Of a stretch of DNA of 64,000 nt, positions 46,698-54,439 are shown in pieces. Each line of letters begins with the position of its first letter. The first letter of the stretch is position 1. A program made the translations under genes and the position numbers. The notes beneath the pieces are model-generated. The model saw only the letters and a list, made by a program, of their open reading frames with translations, did not search any database and was not told where the DNA came from. Origin of the DNA: an uncultured Gemmatimonadales bacterium (lineage in GTDB: Bacteria; Gemmatimonadota; Gemmatimonadetes; Gemmatimonadales; GWC2-71-9); contig CAWCFX010000004.1 in NCBI GenBank assembly GCA_963795085.1, positions 96,001-160,000 on the forward strand, in the 5' to 3' direction.

Positions 46698-49196
46698 TCA
46701 GCCGCGCACCGGGCGTGGGTGGGCCTTGCCGTCCCCTCCCTCGGCCAGCGTCGGTACGTAGGTCACCTCCGGCCACGGCACCGACGGCACCGCGCCCGGG
46801 CCGAAGCGGGCATCCTTGCCCGCCGCCTTGGCCTGGATCGCCTTGAGCACCTTGGGCGGGCTCATCGGGACTTCGTCCACCCGGACGCCCACCGCGTCGT
46901 AGATGGCGTTGGCCACCGCCGGCATGACCGGCAGAAGGGGGCCCTGCCCCGCTTCCTTGCCCCCGAACGGGCCGTTGGGGTCGGGATCCTCGATGAGGTA
47001 GGTGATGACGTCGCACATTTCATGGGTGGTAGGGCTCTTGTACTCGAGCATCGACGGCCACTTGTGGACCACATTCCGGTTCTCCCGGTAGGCCATCTCT
47101 TCCATCAGCGCTTCGCCGAGCCCCATGTACACGCCACCCTCCACCTGGCCCATCACCAGCGCGGGGTTGATGCACTGGCCGATGTCATGCCCGATCCAGA
47201 TCGTGGGCACCCGCACGATGCCGGTCTCCGGATCCACCTCGACCTCGGCCACGCAGGCGGAATAGCTGTAGGCGGCCGAGGGCCCCACCCCGGCACCGCG
47301 ATACCGGCCCGGCGAGCGCGGCGGCGTATAACTCCCCACGGTGCCGATGGTGCCGAGGGACGACTCGGCCGCCACCACCGCCTCGGCGAATCGGAGCCCC
47401 CGGTCCGGGTCCTGCGCATCGAACACCCGCCCCCCGCCGAAAACGATGCGGTCAGCGGGGACGTCCAGCTTCGCTGCCACCGGGCCCGTCAGCATGCCAC
47501 GCACCCGTTCTGCAGCCTGGATGGCGGCCTGCCCGGTCATCAGGGTAACGCGCGAGGAATAGCTGCCCAGGTCAACCGGAGTAAGGTCGGTATCGGCGGT
47601 GATGACACGAATGTCGCCGGGCTCGATACCCAGCACTTCCGCGACGATATAGGCGAGAATGGAATCGGAGCCCTGGCCGATGTCGGTGGAGCCGCAGAAC
47701 ACGGTGACCCCGCCGCCCCGGTCGCACTTGAGCTGGACCCCGGAATGAGGCATGTCATTCCAGTAGATCGGGAGACCCGCCCCCGTGATGTAGGAGGAAC
47801 ACGCCACCCCCAGCCCCCGGCCGTACGGCAGTTTCCGGAAACGTTCCTTCCAGCGGCTGCCTTCGACCACCTTTTCGATGCAGGGCCCCAGCCCCATAGA
47901 GCCGATCTTCAGGTAGTTGGCGGTGGTGGCGCCTGCCCGCACCAGGTGCCGCAGCCGCATCTCCGCGGGATCGAGGTCCAGCTGCTCGGCGATCTTGTCC
48001 AGCTGCACCTCCACCGCAAAGCGCGGCTGGGGCGTGCCATGCCCGCGCTTGGGTCCGCAGGGGGGCTTGTTGGTGAAGGCCCGGGCGCCCCGGAAGCGAT
48101 AAACCGGGACATCGTAGGTTACCGTCTGCAGGGCGCCCGTGTAGTACGTGCTGGCGACCCCGTAGGAGCCGTAGGCGCCCCCATCCAGGAAGGACTCGAA
48201 GTCCATGGCGGTGATGGCCCCGTCCCGGGTAACGCCGGTGCGAATTCTCATCAGCGCCTGATGCCGGCCGCGATGACAATAGAAGACCTCCTCCCGGGTC
48301 AGGCAGATCTTCACCGGACGGCCGGTGAGGAGGGAGAGCTTGGCCACCACCATTTCGTGGCTGAACGGGTCGCTCTTGCCGCCGAAGCCGCCGCCATTGG
48401 GCGTTGCAATCACCCGGATCCGGCTGGGCGGCATCTCCAGCACCTTGGACAGCGCCCGGTGGACATAGTGGGGGGTCTGGGTGCTGGACCAGAGGGTCAC
48501 CCTGCCATCGGGGGTGGCATGGGCCAGCGCGGCGTGCTGCTCCATCGGCAGGTGGGTGTTGCCTTCGTAAAAGCAGATGTCCTCTCGCACCAGGTCGGCG
48601 CGGGCGAACCCCGCGTCCAGGTCGCCAAACTCCAGGTGAACCAGCTTGTGGAAGTTTCCCGAATCGGCGTAGCCATGCAACTGCGGCGTCGAGTGCTCGG
48701 CCGCGTCGGCCACCGAGCGAATCGCGCGCAGCGGCTGGTACGACACCTCGATCAGCTCGGCGGCGGCGGCGGCGGTGTCCTCGTCCACTGCGGCGACCGC
48801 GGCCACCGGGTCGCCGATGAACCGGACTACTTCGCGGCAGAGCGCCTCTTCGTCCTGGCTCACGGGAAGGATGCCGAACTGGATCGGCAGATCCTCCCCG
48901 GTGATTACGGCGTGCACCCCGGGCAGAGCCCGGGCCCGGCTGGTGTCGATGGACACAATGCGGGCATGCGGATGCGGGCTCCGCAGCACCTTGCACCAGA
49001 GCATTCGCGGCAGGACCATGTCGTCCGCGAAGAGAGTCTGGCCGGTGCACTTCGCATGGGCATCGACCTTGGGGCGCGCCGTTCCTATGACATCAAAGGG
49101 CGGACCGTCAGACCGGCTGACCGAAGGGCGGTGACCCGGGGATGTCTGGGGCGCCGGCCCGCCCGTCCGGCCGTCCGGCCGTCCTTCAATAGCCAT
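46698..49196 (-). CDS. Xanthine-dehydrogenase-family molybdopterin subunit (HcrA-like)
   Basis: LRSPHPHARI, STQ.PH, GGGFGGK, KRGHG.PQ, DIGQGS, GSYSSRVT, GQVEGG, GPFGGKEAGQGP. Confidence 0.88.
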   Translation of the reverse strand: MAIEGRPDGRTGGPAPQTSPGHRPSVSRSDGPPFDVIGTARPKVDAHAKCTGQTLFADDMVLPRMLWCKVLRSPHPHARIVSIDTSRARALPGVHAVITGEDLPIQFGILPVSQDEEALCREVVRFIGDPVAAVAAVDEDTAAAAAELIEVSYQPLRAIRSVADAAEHSTPQLHGYADSGNFHKLVHLEFGDLDAGFARADLVREDICFYEGNTHLPMEQHAALAHATPDGRVTLWSSTQTPHYVHRALSKVLEMPPSRIRVIATPNGGGFGGKSDPFSHEMVVAKLSLLTGRPVKICLTREEVFYCHRGRHQALMRIRTGVTRDGAITAMDFESFLDGGAYGSYGVASTYYTGALQTVTYDVPVYRFRGARAFTNKPPCGPKRGHGTPQPRFAVEVQLDKIAEQLDLDPAEMRLRHLVRAGATTANYLKIGSMGLGPCIEKVVEGSRWKERFRKLPYGRGLGVACSSYITGAGLPIYWNDMPHSGVQLKCDRGGGVTVFCGSTDIGQGSDSILAYIVAEVLGIEPGDIRVITADTDLTPVDLGSYSSRVTLMTGQAAIQAAERVRGMLTGPVAAKLDVPADRIVFGGGRVFDAQDPDRGLRFAEAVVAAESSLGTIGTVGSYTPPRSPGRYRGAGVGPSAAYSYSACVAEVEVDPETGIVRVPTIWIGHDIGQCINPALVMGQVEGGVYMGLGEALMEEMAYRENRNVVHKWPSMLEYKSPTTHEMCDVITYLIEDPDPNGPFGGKEAGQGPLLPVMPAVANAIYDAVGVRVDEVPMSPPKVLKAIQAKAAGKDARFGPGAVPSVPWPEVTYVPTLAEGGDGKAHPRPVRG

Positions 49197-49737
49197 AAAG
49201 ACTCTCCCGCGCCGGCTCGGCGTGCTCTCCCCGCATCCGGGCAGCGGCCAGCTCGATGGCTTCGTAGATCTTGATGTAGCCGGTGCAGCGGCAGAGGTTG
49301 CCCGCGAGGGCGTGCTTGATCTCGCCGCGCGATGGCGATCCGTTCTCCGCCAACAGGGACTGGGCCGCGAGGAGAACGCCGGGCGTGCAGTACCCGCACT
49401 GGGCGGCACCCACTTCGACGAACGCCTCCTGCAGCGGGTGCAGGACCGGACCGTCACTCATCCCCTCGACCGTCAGCACGGGTCGCTGCTGGCAGGCCTG
49501 GGCAAGCACGAGGCAGGAAAGCTGGGGCTCCCCATCGATCAGCACGGTGCAGGTGCCGCACTCGCCCAGTTCGCAACCGTGCTTGGTACCGGTCAAGGCC
49601 AGGTCCTCGCGCAATACCTCCAGCAGCGTCTTGTGGCCGGCAAAGTAGATATCGTGCCGCTCTCCGTTCACGACAAACGTGCCGTGCACCTTGGATGCGA
49701 CACCCTGCAGAGACACCGGAGCGGTCATGGTTACCAT
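49186..49737 (-). CDS. Xanthine-dehydrogenase-family 2x[2Fe-2S] subunit (HcrC-like)
   Basis: GTKHGCELGECGTC, QCGYCTPG, GNLCRCTGY. Confidence 0.92.
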   Translation of the reverse strand: MVTMTAPVSLQGVASKVHGTFVVNGERHDIYFAGHKTLLEVLREDLALTGTKHGCELGECGTCTVLIDGEPQLSCLVLAQACQQRPVLTVEGMSDGPVLHPLQEAFVEVGAAQCGYCTPGVLLAAQSLLAENGSPSRGEIKHALAGNLCRCTGYIKIYEAIELAAARMRGEHAEPARESLYGY

Positions 49738-49788
49738 GCCTTTGAGGTCTCATCAACAATGCCGGGATCCGCCGGGTAGGGCGTCCCG

Positions 49789-50109
49789 CTACAGCGGCTT
49801 GAGCTTTGCCAGCACTTCGGTGACGACGCTGGCCGGAGCGCGGGCGATGAACTCGGCGGCGCGGGCCTTCCAGTCGGCGCTTCGGAGATGATCGGCCAGC
49901 ACCACCCCCTGGATCGGCATTCCATCAGGGAGCAGCACCTCGAATGGGTAGCCCTTGGGGCGGGACGCGACGGCGCACATCAGCGCCAGCCCGGACCGCT
50001 CATTATAGCGGGCCGGCGACACCACCAGCGCCAGTCTCCGGCCGGCGCCTCCTTCCCGTCGCGACGCCACCGAGATCCACACCAGGTCCCCCCGATCCGG
50101 TGCTACCAC
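49789..50109 (-). CDS. mazF: MazF/PemK-family toxin, atypical
   Basis: PDRGDLVW, GRR.ALVVSP..YN, KGYPFEV, VLAD..S.DWKAR; overlaps the mazE stop. Confidence 0.8.
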   Translation of the reverse strand: MVAPDRGDLVWISVASRREGGAGRRLALVVSPARYNERSGLALMCAVASRPKGYPFEVLLPDGMPIQGVVLADHLRSADWKARAAEFIARAPASVVTEVLAKLKPL

Positions 50110-50342
50110 ACTTCGGACCCCTGGGGGTCGCCCCAATCGGTCTCCGTGTGCCGGTTGTCCGCCGTAATGCCCTCTACGAGGTCATCCAGCACGTAGTCGC
50201 TCGACACTGGCGTGATGATGATTGATCCATCTCGCACAGTGATTTCCACGGAGGAACCGTCCGCCAGCGACGTTTCATCGCTGAAGAGTTTGGGGATGCG
50301 AACTGCTAAGCTGTTGCCCCATTTAGAAATACGAGTTTTCAT
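50103..50342 (-). CDS. mazE: AbrB/MazE-family antitoxin
   Basis: KWGNSLAVRIP, Y.LDDLV.GIT..N.H.E.DWG.P.G.EVW. Confidence 0.9.
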   Translation of the reverse strand: MKTRISKWGNSLAVRIPKLFSDETSLADGSSVEITVRDGSIIITPVSSDYVLDDLVEGITADNRHTETDWGDPQGSEVW

Positions 50343-50356
50343 CGCTTGGTTCCGAA

Positions 50357-50377
50357 GTATATACATTGAGTATACTC
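50357..50377 (-). promoter_or_regulatory. mazEF promoter/operator palindromes
   Basis: Adjacent palindromes GTATATAC (50357-64) and GAGTATACTC (50368-77), each overlapping a TATACT -10-like hexamer on the minus strand. Confidence 0.6.
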
Positions 50378-50438
50378 CAGGACCTCCCGCGACGCCAGAC
50401 CATGCACCTGTCGATCCCCCTCGTGTTATGATTGAAGT

Positions 50439-50786
50439 ATGGCTCGATCCTGTATCCGGCGGCTTAATGCGGTGGTGCTGGCGGTGGGCTTTCTCTGCGC
50501 CGCCATCGTGCTGCCCGATCTTGACGCGGTTCTGTTCCACGGACTCGCCGCCCAGGATACCTCCCGCCCACATATCGAGGCCGCGGGGAACGGCGACTGC
50601 CATGGGGAGAGTTGCGTGCTCGGCGCGGCATCTCCCCAGAGCCAGTCCTTGGGAGATTATGCCCCTGCTCCCGTCCGTCTGCCCCGTGCCGCCACGCTGG
50701 AGCTGCCTTCCCCTTCGCAGATTTCGGATCGGACTCCCCACCTCTTACGCCAGTCTCGCGCCCCTCCCGTTTCTTTCGTACTGTGA
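50439..50786 (+). CDS. DUF2946/CutF-like secreted leader protein with C-terminal RAPP motif
   Basis: N-terminal hydrophobic segment, HIE...DCHGESC, Pro-rich linker, QSRAPP near the C-terminus; upstream of metal-uptake genes. Confidence 0.7.
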   Translation: MARSCIRRLNAVVLAVGFLCAAIVLPDLDAVLFHGLAAQDTSRPHIEAAGNGDCHGESCVLGAASPQSQSLGDYAPAPVRLPRAATLELPSPSQISDRTPHLLRQSRAPPVSFVL

Positions 50787-50864
50787 CCTGAATGCCGCCT
50801 CGGCGGCTTTGACGCGCCTGCGATTGGCGCCCAAACCGGATCCGGATAACGGAGGAGATCGACC

Positions 50865-52310
50865 GTGAGATTCGCGGTACGCTGTCACATATGGCCCCTG
50901 GTCCTGACGCTGCTCATCCTCTCCAGGCCGGCATTCGGGCAGGAGCCGGCGGTTGACTCCATCCGCCTTTCGCTCAGCCGCCTGGCGCTTCGGATGGATT
51001 CGCTCCAGGCGGGCACTTGTCCCCGGGGCGACCTTCCGCCCCTCCCCAAGGGGGGGACGGGGAACTCGTCGGTGGACTCGCTCGAGTCCGCACTGGCACG
51101 TCTGGCAGAACGCGTGCACCTCCTCACGCTGGCGCACTGCGCGGAGCGGGATGAAACGGCGCAGCAGAGTCGGGCCGCTGATCCGCCGGGACGCGCGGCG
51201 GCGGCCTATATGAACATCGGATTCGACGCCCTGACGGATTTCGGCTGGTCCAGCGAGTCCGATGTCCGGTCGCTTCAGCGGGGGGACCATGACCCCCAGG
51301 TCCGCGGTTTCACCGTCCCTAATGCGGAATTCACGCTCGATGGCGCGGTGGATCCCTACTTCAAGGGGTTTGCGAACCTGGTCTACAAACTGGATGCGGA
51401 GGGAGAAACCGGGGTCGAACTGGAAGAGGTGTACATCCTGACTACATCTCTTCCCTGGAATCTCCAGGCAAAGGCCGGCCAGTTCTTCGCCGAGTTCGGG
51501 CGCCAGAACCCGCAGCACCCGCACAGCTGGGCGTTTGTCGACCAGCCGCTGGTTCTCAACCGTATCCTTGGCCCGGAAGGACTGCGGAGCCAGGGAGCCC
51601 GGCTTTCGTGGCTGCCGCCGACCCCGTGGTACAGCGAAGTCATGGTCAGCGTCATGAACAGTGCCGGCGGTACGGCCTTCAGCTTTCGCTCCGGGGAGTC
51701 GTCCGAAATCCACGGAGGCGAGCCCGCCGCCCGCGGCGTGCGTTCCGCCGGCGACTTCCTCATCGTTCCCCGCGTCTCCGCGTCGGTGGACCTGAGCGCC
51801 ACCCAGACCTTGCTCTTCGGCATCTCCGGGGCCTTTGGTCCCAACAATTCCGGATCGGAGGCCAGGACCCGGGTTGCCGGAGCCGACCTGTTCTGGAAGT
51901 GGAAATCCGCCACCGCAATGCAGGGCTTTCCGTTCGTCTCGTTTCAGGCCGAGGGCCTGCTCCGGAAGTATGACGCCGCCCGCCGGTTGTCCGCGGAGAA
52001 TCCCTCGGTATTTCTGCCGGACGAGAGCCTGACCGACCAGGGAGGCTATGCCCAATTGCTTTGGGGAATCAAGCCGCGCTGGGTGGCGGGGCTCCGAGGC
52101 GAAACGGCGGACGGCAACAGCGCGTCATTTGACTCCGAGCTGCGAGCCCGCCGCCTTCGGGTGTCCCCCAACCTCACCTGGTATCCCAGCGAGTTTTCCA
52201 AGCTGCGGCTGCAATACAATTACGATGACCGGGAAGGGACCGGTTCCGACCATTCGCTGTGGGTGCAGTTCGAATTCATGATCGGCGCACACTCGGCACA
52301 CAAATTCTAG
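50865..52310 (+). CDS. Outer-membrane beta-barrel (porin-like) associated with metal uptake
   Basis: Signal peptide, coiled-coil N-terminus, DPYF.G, LEE.Y, FGRQNPQHPHSW, PSEFSKLRLQY, His-containing end GAHSAHKF; SD GGAGG. Confidence 0.7.
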   Translation: MRFAVRCHIWPLVLTLLILSRPAFGQEPAVDSIRLSLSRLALRMDSLQAGTCPRGDLPPLPKGGTGNSSVDSLESALARLAERVHLLTLAHCAERDETAQQSRAADPPGRAAAAYMNIGFDALTDFGWSSESDVRSLQRGDHDPQVRGFTVPNAEFTLDGAVDPYFKGFANLVYKLDAEGETGVELEEVYILTTSLPWNLQAKAGQFFAEFGRQNPQHPHSWAFVDQPLVLNRILGPEGLRSQGARLSWLPPTPWYSEVMVSVMNSAGGTAFSFRSGESSEIHGGEPAARGVRSAGDFLIVPRVSASVDLSATQTLLFGISGAFGPNNSGSEARTRVAGADLFWKWKSATAMQGFPFVSFQAEGLLRKYDAARRLSAENPSVFLPDESLTDQGGYAQLLWGIKPRWVAGLRGETADGNSASFDSELRARRLRVSPNLTWYPSEFSKLRLQYNYDDREGTGSDHSLWVQFEFMIGAHSAHKF

Positions 52311-52324
52311 AGGGACGATCGACC

Positions 52325-53251
52325 ATGCAGATCCTGTACGCAGTCAAGATCGCCGCCGCTGCCCTCCTCGGGCTGGCGAGCACCAGCGCGCCGTCCATCA
52401 AGAAACTGAAGGTGGTCGCCACCACTCCGGACCTGGCCGCGCTGGCCCGGGAGATCGGCGGGGACGCAGTCGACGTCATGGCGCTGGCCAAGGCGACGGA
52501 AGACCCGCATTTCGTGGATGCCAGGCCCAGCTACCTGGTCGCGCTCAACCGGGCCGATGTCCTGATCGAAGGCGGCGCCGAACTGGAACTGGGCTGGCTC
52601 CCGCCGCTGCTGGACAATGCCCGCAATGCGAAGATCGCCGCAGGTGCGCCGGGCCGCATCGTGGCGTCCCAAGGCATCCGTCTGCTGGAGATTCCGACTT
52701 CCTTCGATCGCTCCCGCGGCGACGTTCACGCCCTGGGGAACCCGCATTTTCTGATGGATCCGGTCAACGTAAAGGTCGCGGCGGCCAGCATCGCCGAGCA
52801 CCTGGCCCGGGCCGATCCCGCCTTGGCGGCGACCTTCCGGGCCAACCTGGCAGCGTTTAACCGGACGCTGGACGCCAAGCTGGCCGAGTGGACCCGGCAG
52901 CTCCAGCCCTACGCGGGCGCCAGGATCGTGACGTATCACCGGGATTTCGCTTACCTGGCCGAACGGTTCAAGCTCGAGATTGTGGAGACGCTGGAATCCA
53001 AGCCCGGCATCGCCCCCTCCCCGGCCCACCTTGCCGCGGTCATCAGCGCCATGCGGGCGCAGCACGCCGGAGTAATCATCGTCCAGCCCTTTCAGAATAG
53101 ACGAACCGCGGAAACGGTCGCCCGGCAAACCAACGCGGTGGTGCTGGACATTTCCCAGCAGCCGGGAGCCATCCCCGGCACCGACACATATTTCGCGATG
53201 ATGGACTACATGGTGCGCACCCTTGCCGCCGCGCTGGAGAAGGCCCGATGA
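52325..53251 (+). CDS. Cluster A-I (Zn/Mn) ABC substrate-binding protein
   Basis: VVATT, EDPHFV, GDVH..GNPHF..DP, VTYH, E.KPGI.PSP.HL. Confidence 0.88.
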   Translation: MQILYAVKIAAAALLGLASTSAPSIKKLKVVATTPDLAALAREIGGDAVDVMALAKATEDPHFVDARPSYLVALNRADVLIEGGAELELGWLPPLLDNARNAKIAAGAPGRIVASQGIRLLEIPTSFDRSRGDVHALGNPHFLMDPVNVKVAAASIAEHLARADPALAATFRANLAAFNRTLDAKLAEWTRQLQPYAGARIVTYHRDFAYLAERFKLEIVETLESKPGIAPSPAHLAAVISAMRAQHAGVIIVQPFQNRRTAETVARQTNAVVLDISQQPGAIPGTDTYFAMMDYMVRTLAAALEKAR

Positions 53252-54093
53252 TCTCCGTGGATTTTCAGGTCGTGTGGCAAATCATGAGATGGCCGCTGGC
53301 AGCATGCCTGGTGCTGCCGCCGTTGCTGGTGTACCTGGGGCTCCATGTCGTCAGGCGCGAGGTCATCTTCGTGGACCTTGCCCTCGCCCAGGTGGCAACG
53401 CTGGGTACCACGATCGCGCTGCTGGCGGGGTATCATTTCGACGACCGGATGACCTTCTGGATTTCCCTGGGCGTCACCTTTCTCGGCGCCGCGTTCTTCA
53501 GCTGGTCTCGCGGCAGTCGCAAGCATCATGTGCCGCAGGAAGCGATCATCGGGATCACCTTCGTCGTTGCCGCAGCCGGCGTCATCCTGCTGCTGAGCCG
53601 CGTGGCTGGTGGCAAGGAAGAACTCGAGCACATGCTGACTGGAGATATTCTGAATGTCACCGGCGGGGAGGTGCTTCAGCGGGCGGGCGTCTTCGCCGCC
53701 CTGTCCTTGTTTTACGGAGCCTTCCACCGAAACTTTGCGCTGATTTCGGCTGATCCGGAGCAGGCCGAGGCCCAGGGAATCCGGGTCCGGCTATGGGACT
53801 TTCTGTTCTACGCGGCGTTTGCCCTGGTGGTCGTCAGCTTCGTGCGGATAGCCGGTGTGCTCCTCACATTTGCCTACCTGATCGTGCCTGCCGTCTGCGG
53901 TGTCATGCTGGCCCGGACCTGGCTAGGGCGGTTGCTGGTCGGGTGGGCCGTGGCCGCGAGCGCCAGCCTGATCGGCCTCTGGGCCTCGTATGCGCTGGAC
54001 CTCCCGACCGGTGCCGCCGTGGTCGTGGCCTGCGGCCTGCTGCTGGCCCTGGTGACCCTGGGGGCCATGGCTCAGAAACGCGGTAGCACCTGA
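53248..54093 (+). CDS. ABC-3 (ZnuB/MntB-like) metal permease
   Basis: GLHVV.R..IFVDLALAQ, EAIIG, G.LL.FAYLIVPA, DLPTGA. Confidence 0.88.
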   Translation: MISVDFQVVWQIMRWPLAACLVLPPLLVYLGLHVVRREVIFVDLALAQVATLGTTIALLAGYHFDDRMTFWISLGVTFLGAAFFSWSRGSRKHHVPQEAIIGITFVVAAAGVILLLSRVAGGKEELEHMLTGDILNVTGGEVLQRAGVFAALSLFYGAFHRNFALISADPEQAEAQGIRVRLWDFLFYAAFALVVVSFVRIAGVLLTFAYLIVPAVCGVMLARTWLGRLLVGWAVAASASLIGLWASYALDLPTGAAVVVACGLLLALVTLGAMAQKRGST

Positions 54094-54120
54094 GGATTCA
54101 CAGCAGATGAAAGTGTTCCA

Positions 54121-54382
54121 GGATGGAGGGAAGCCGAAATGGCCGGTCGAAACCGGCCGGCCACCGCTCCGTCAGGTTCAGGAAACCCGGCGGATATGGC
54201 AGCCCAGCCCACCCCCGTGATAGTGTGCTCCTGATTGGAACCTCGACTCGCCGTCCGGAGGGACCCGGTCCAACGGATCTCGAGGTCATGTTTCCTTGCC
54301 ATGCCCGCGGGCAGACCCACCGCCGTTGGGCTCCGGGGCAACCAGCGGGCCTGATGGATTTGCCTCGGTTTACCCCCGTTCC
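54121..54382 (+). ncRNA. Candidate structured RNA of unknown family
   Basis: Nested stems with G-U pairs on the + strand (see findings); no family assignable by eye. Confidence 0.4.
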
Positions 54383-54439
54383 ACTCGCTGCCGCTCTGGC
54401 CGTCACTCAACGGCCCTGAACGGCCTCCAAGGAGCCACG

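Noticed and set aside
46083..49274. 1063-aa + strand ORF
   Set aside because: Antisense mirror of the molybdoenzyme subunits, expected in high-GC DNA
54110..54360. Assignment of the structured region to cobalamin or TPP riboswitch, SRP RNA, tmRNA or RNase P
   Set aside because: Only fragments resemble these (GGGAA..CCGG, GAACCTGA, TCAGGT, GGTTTCGAC); the required cores such as CTGAGA, GGAAGCAGC, the B12 box or a tRNA-like 3' end are missing
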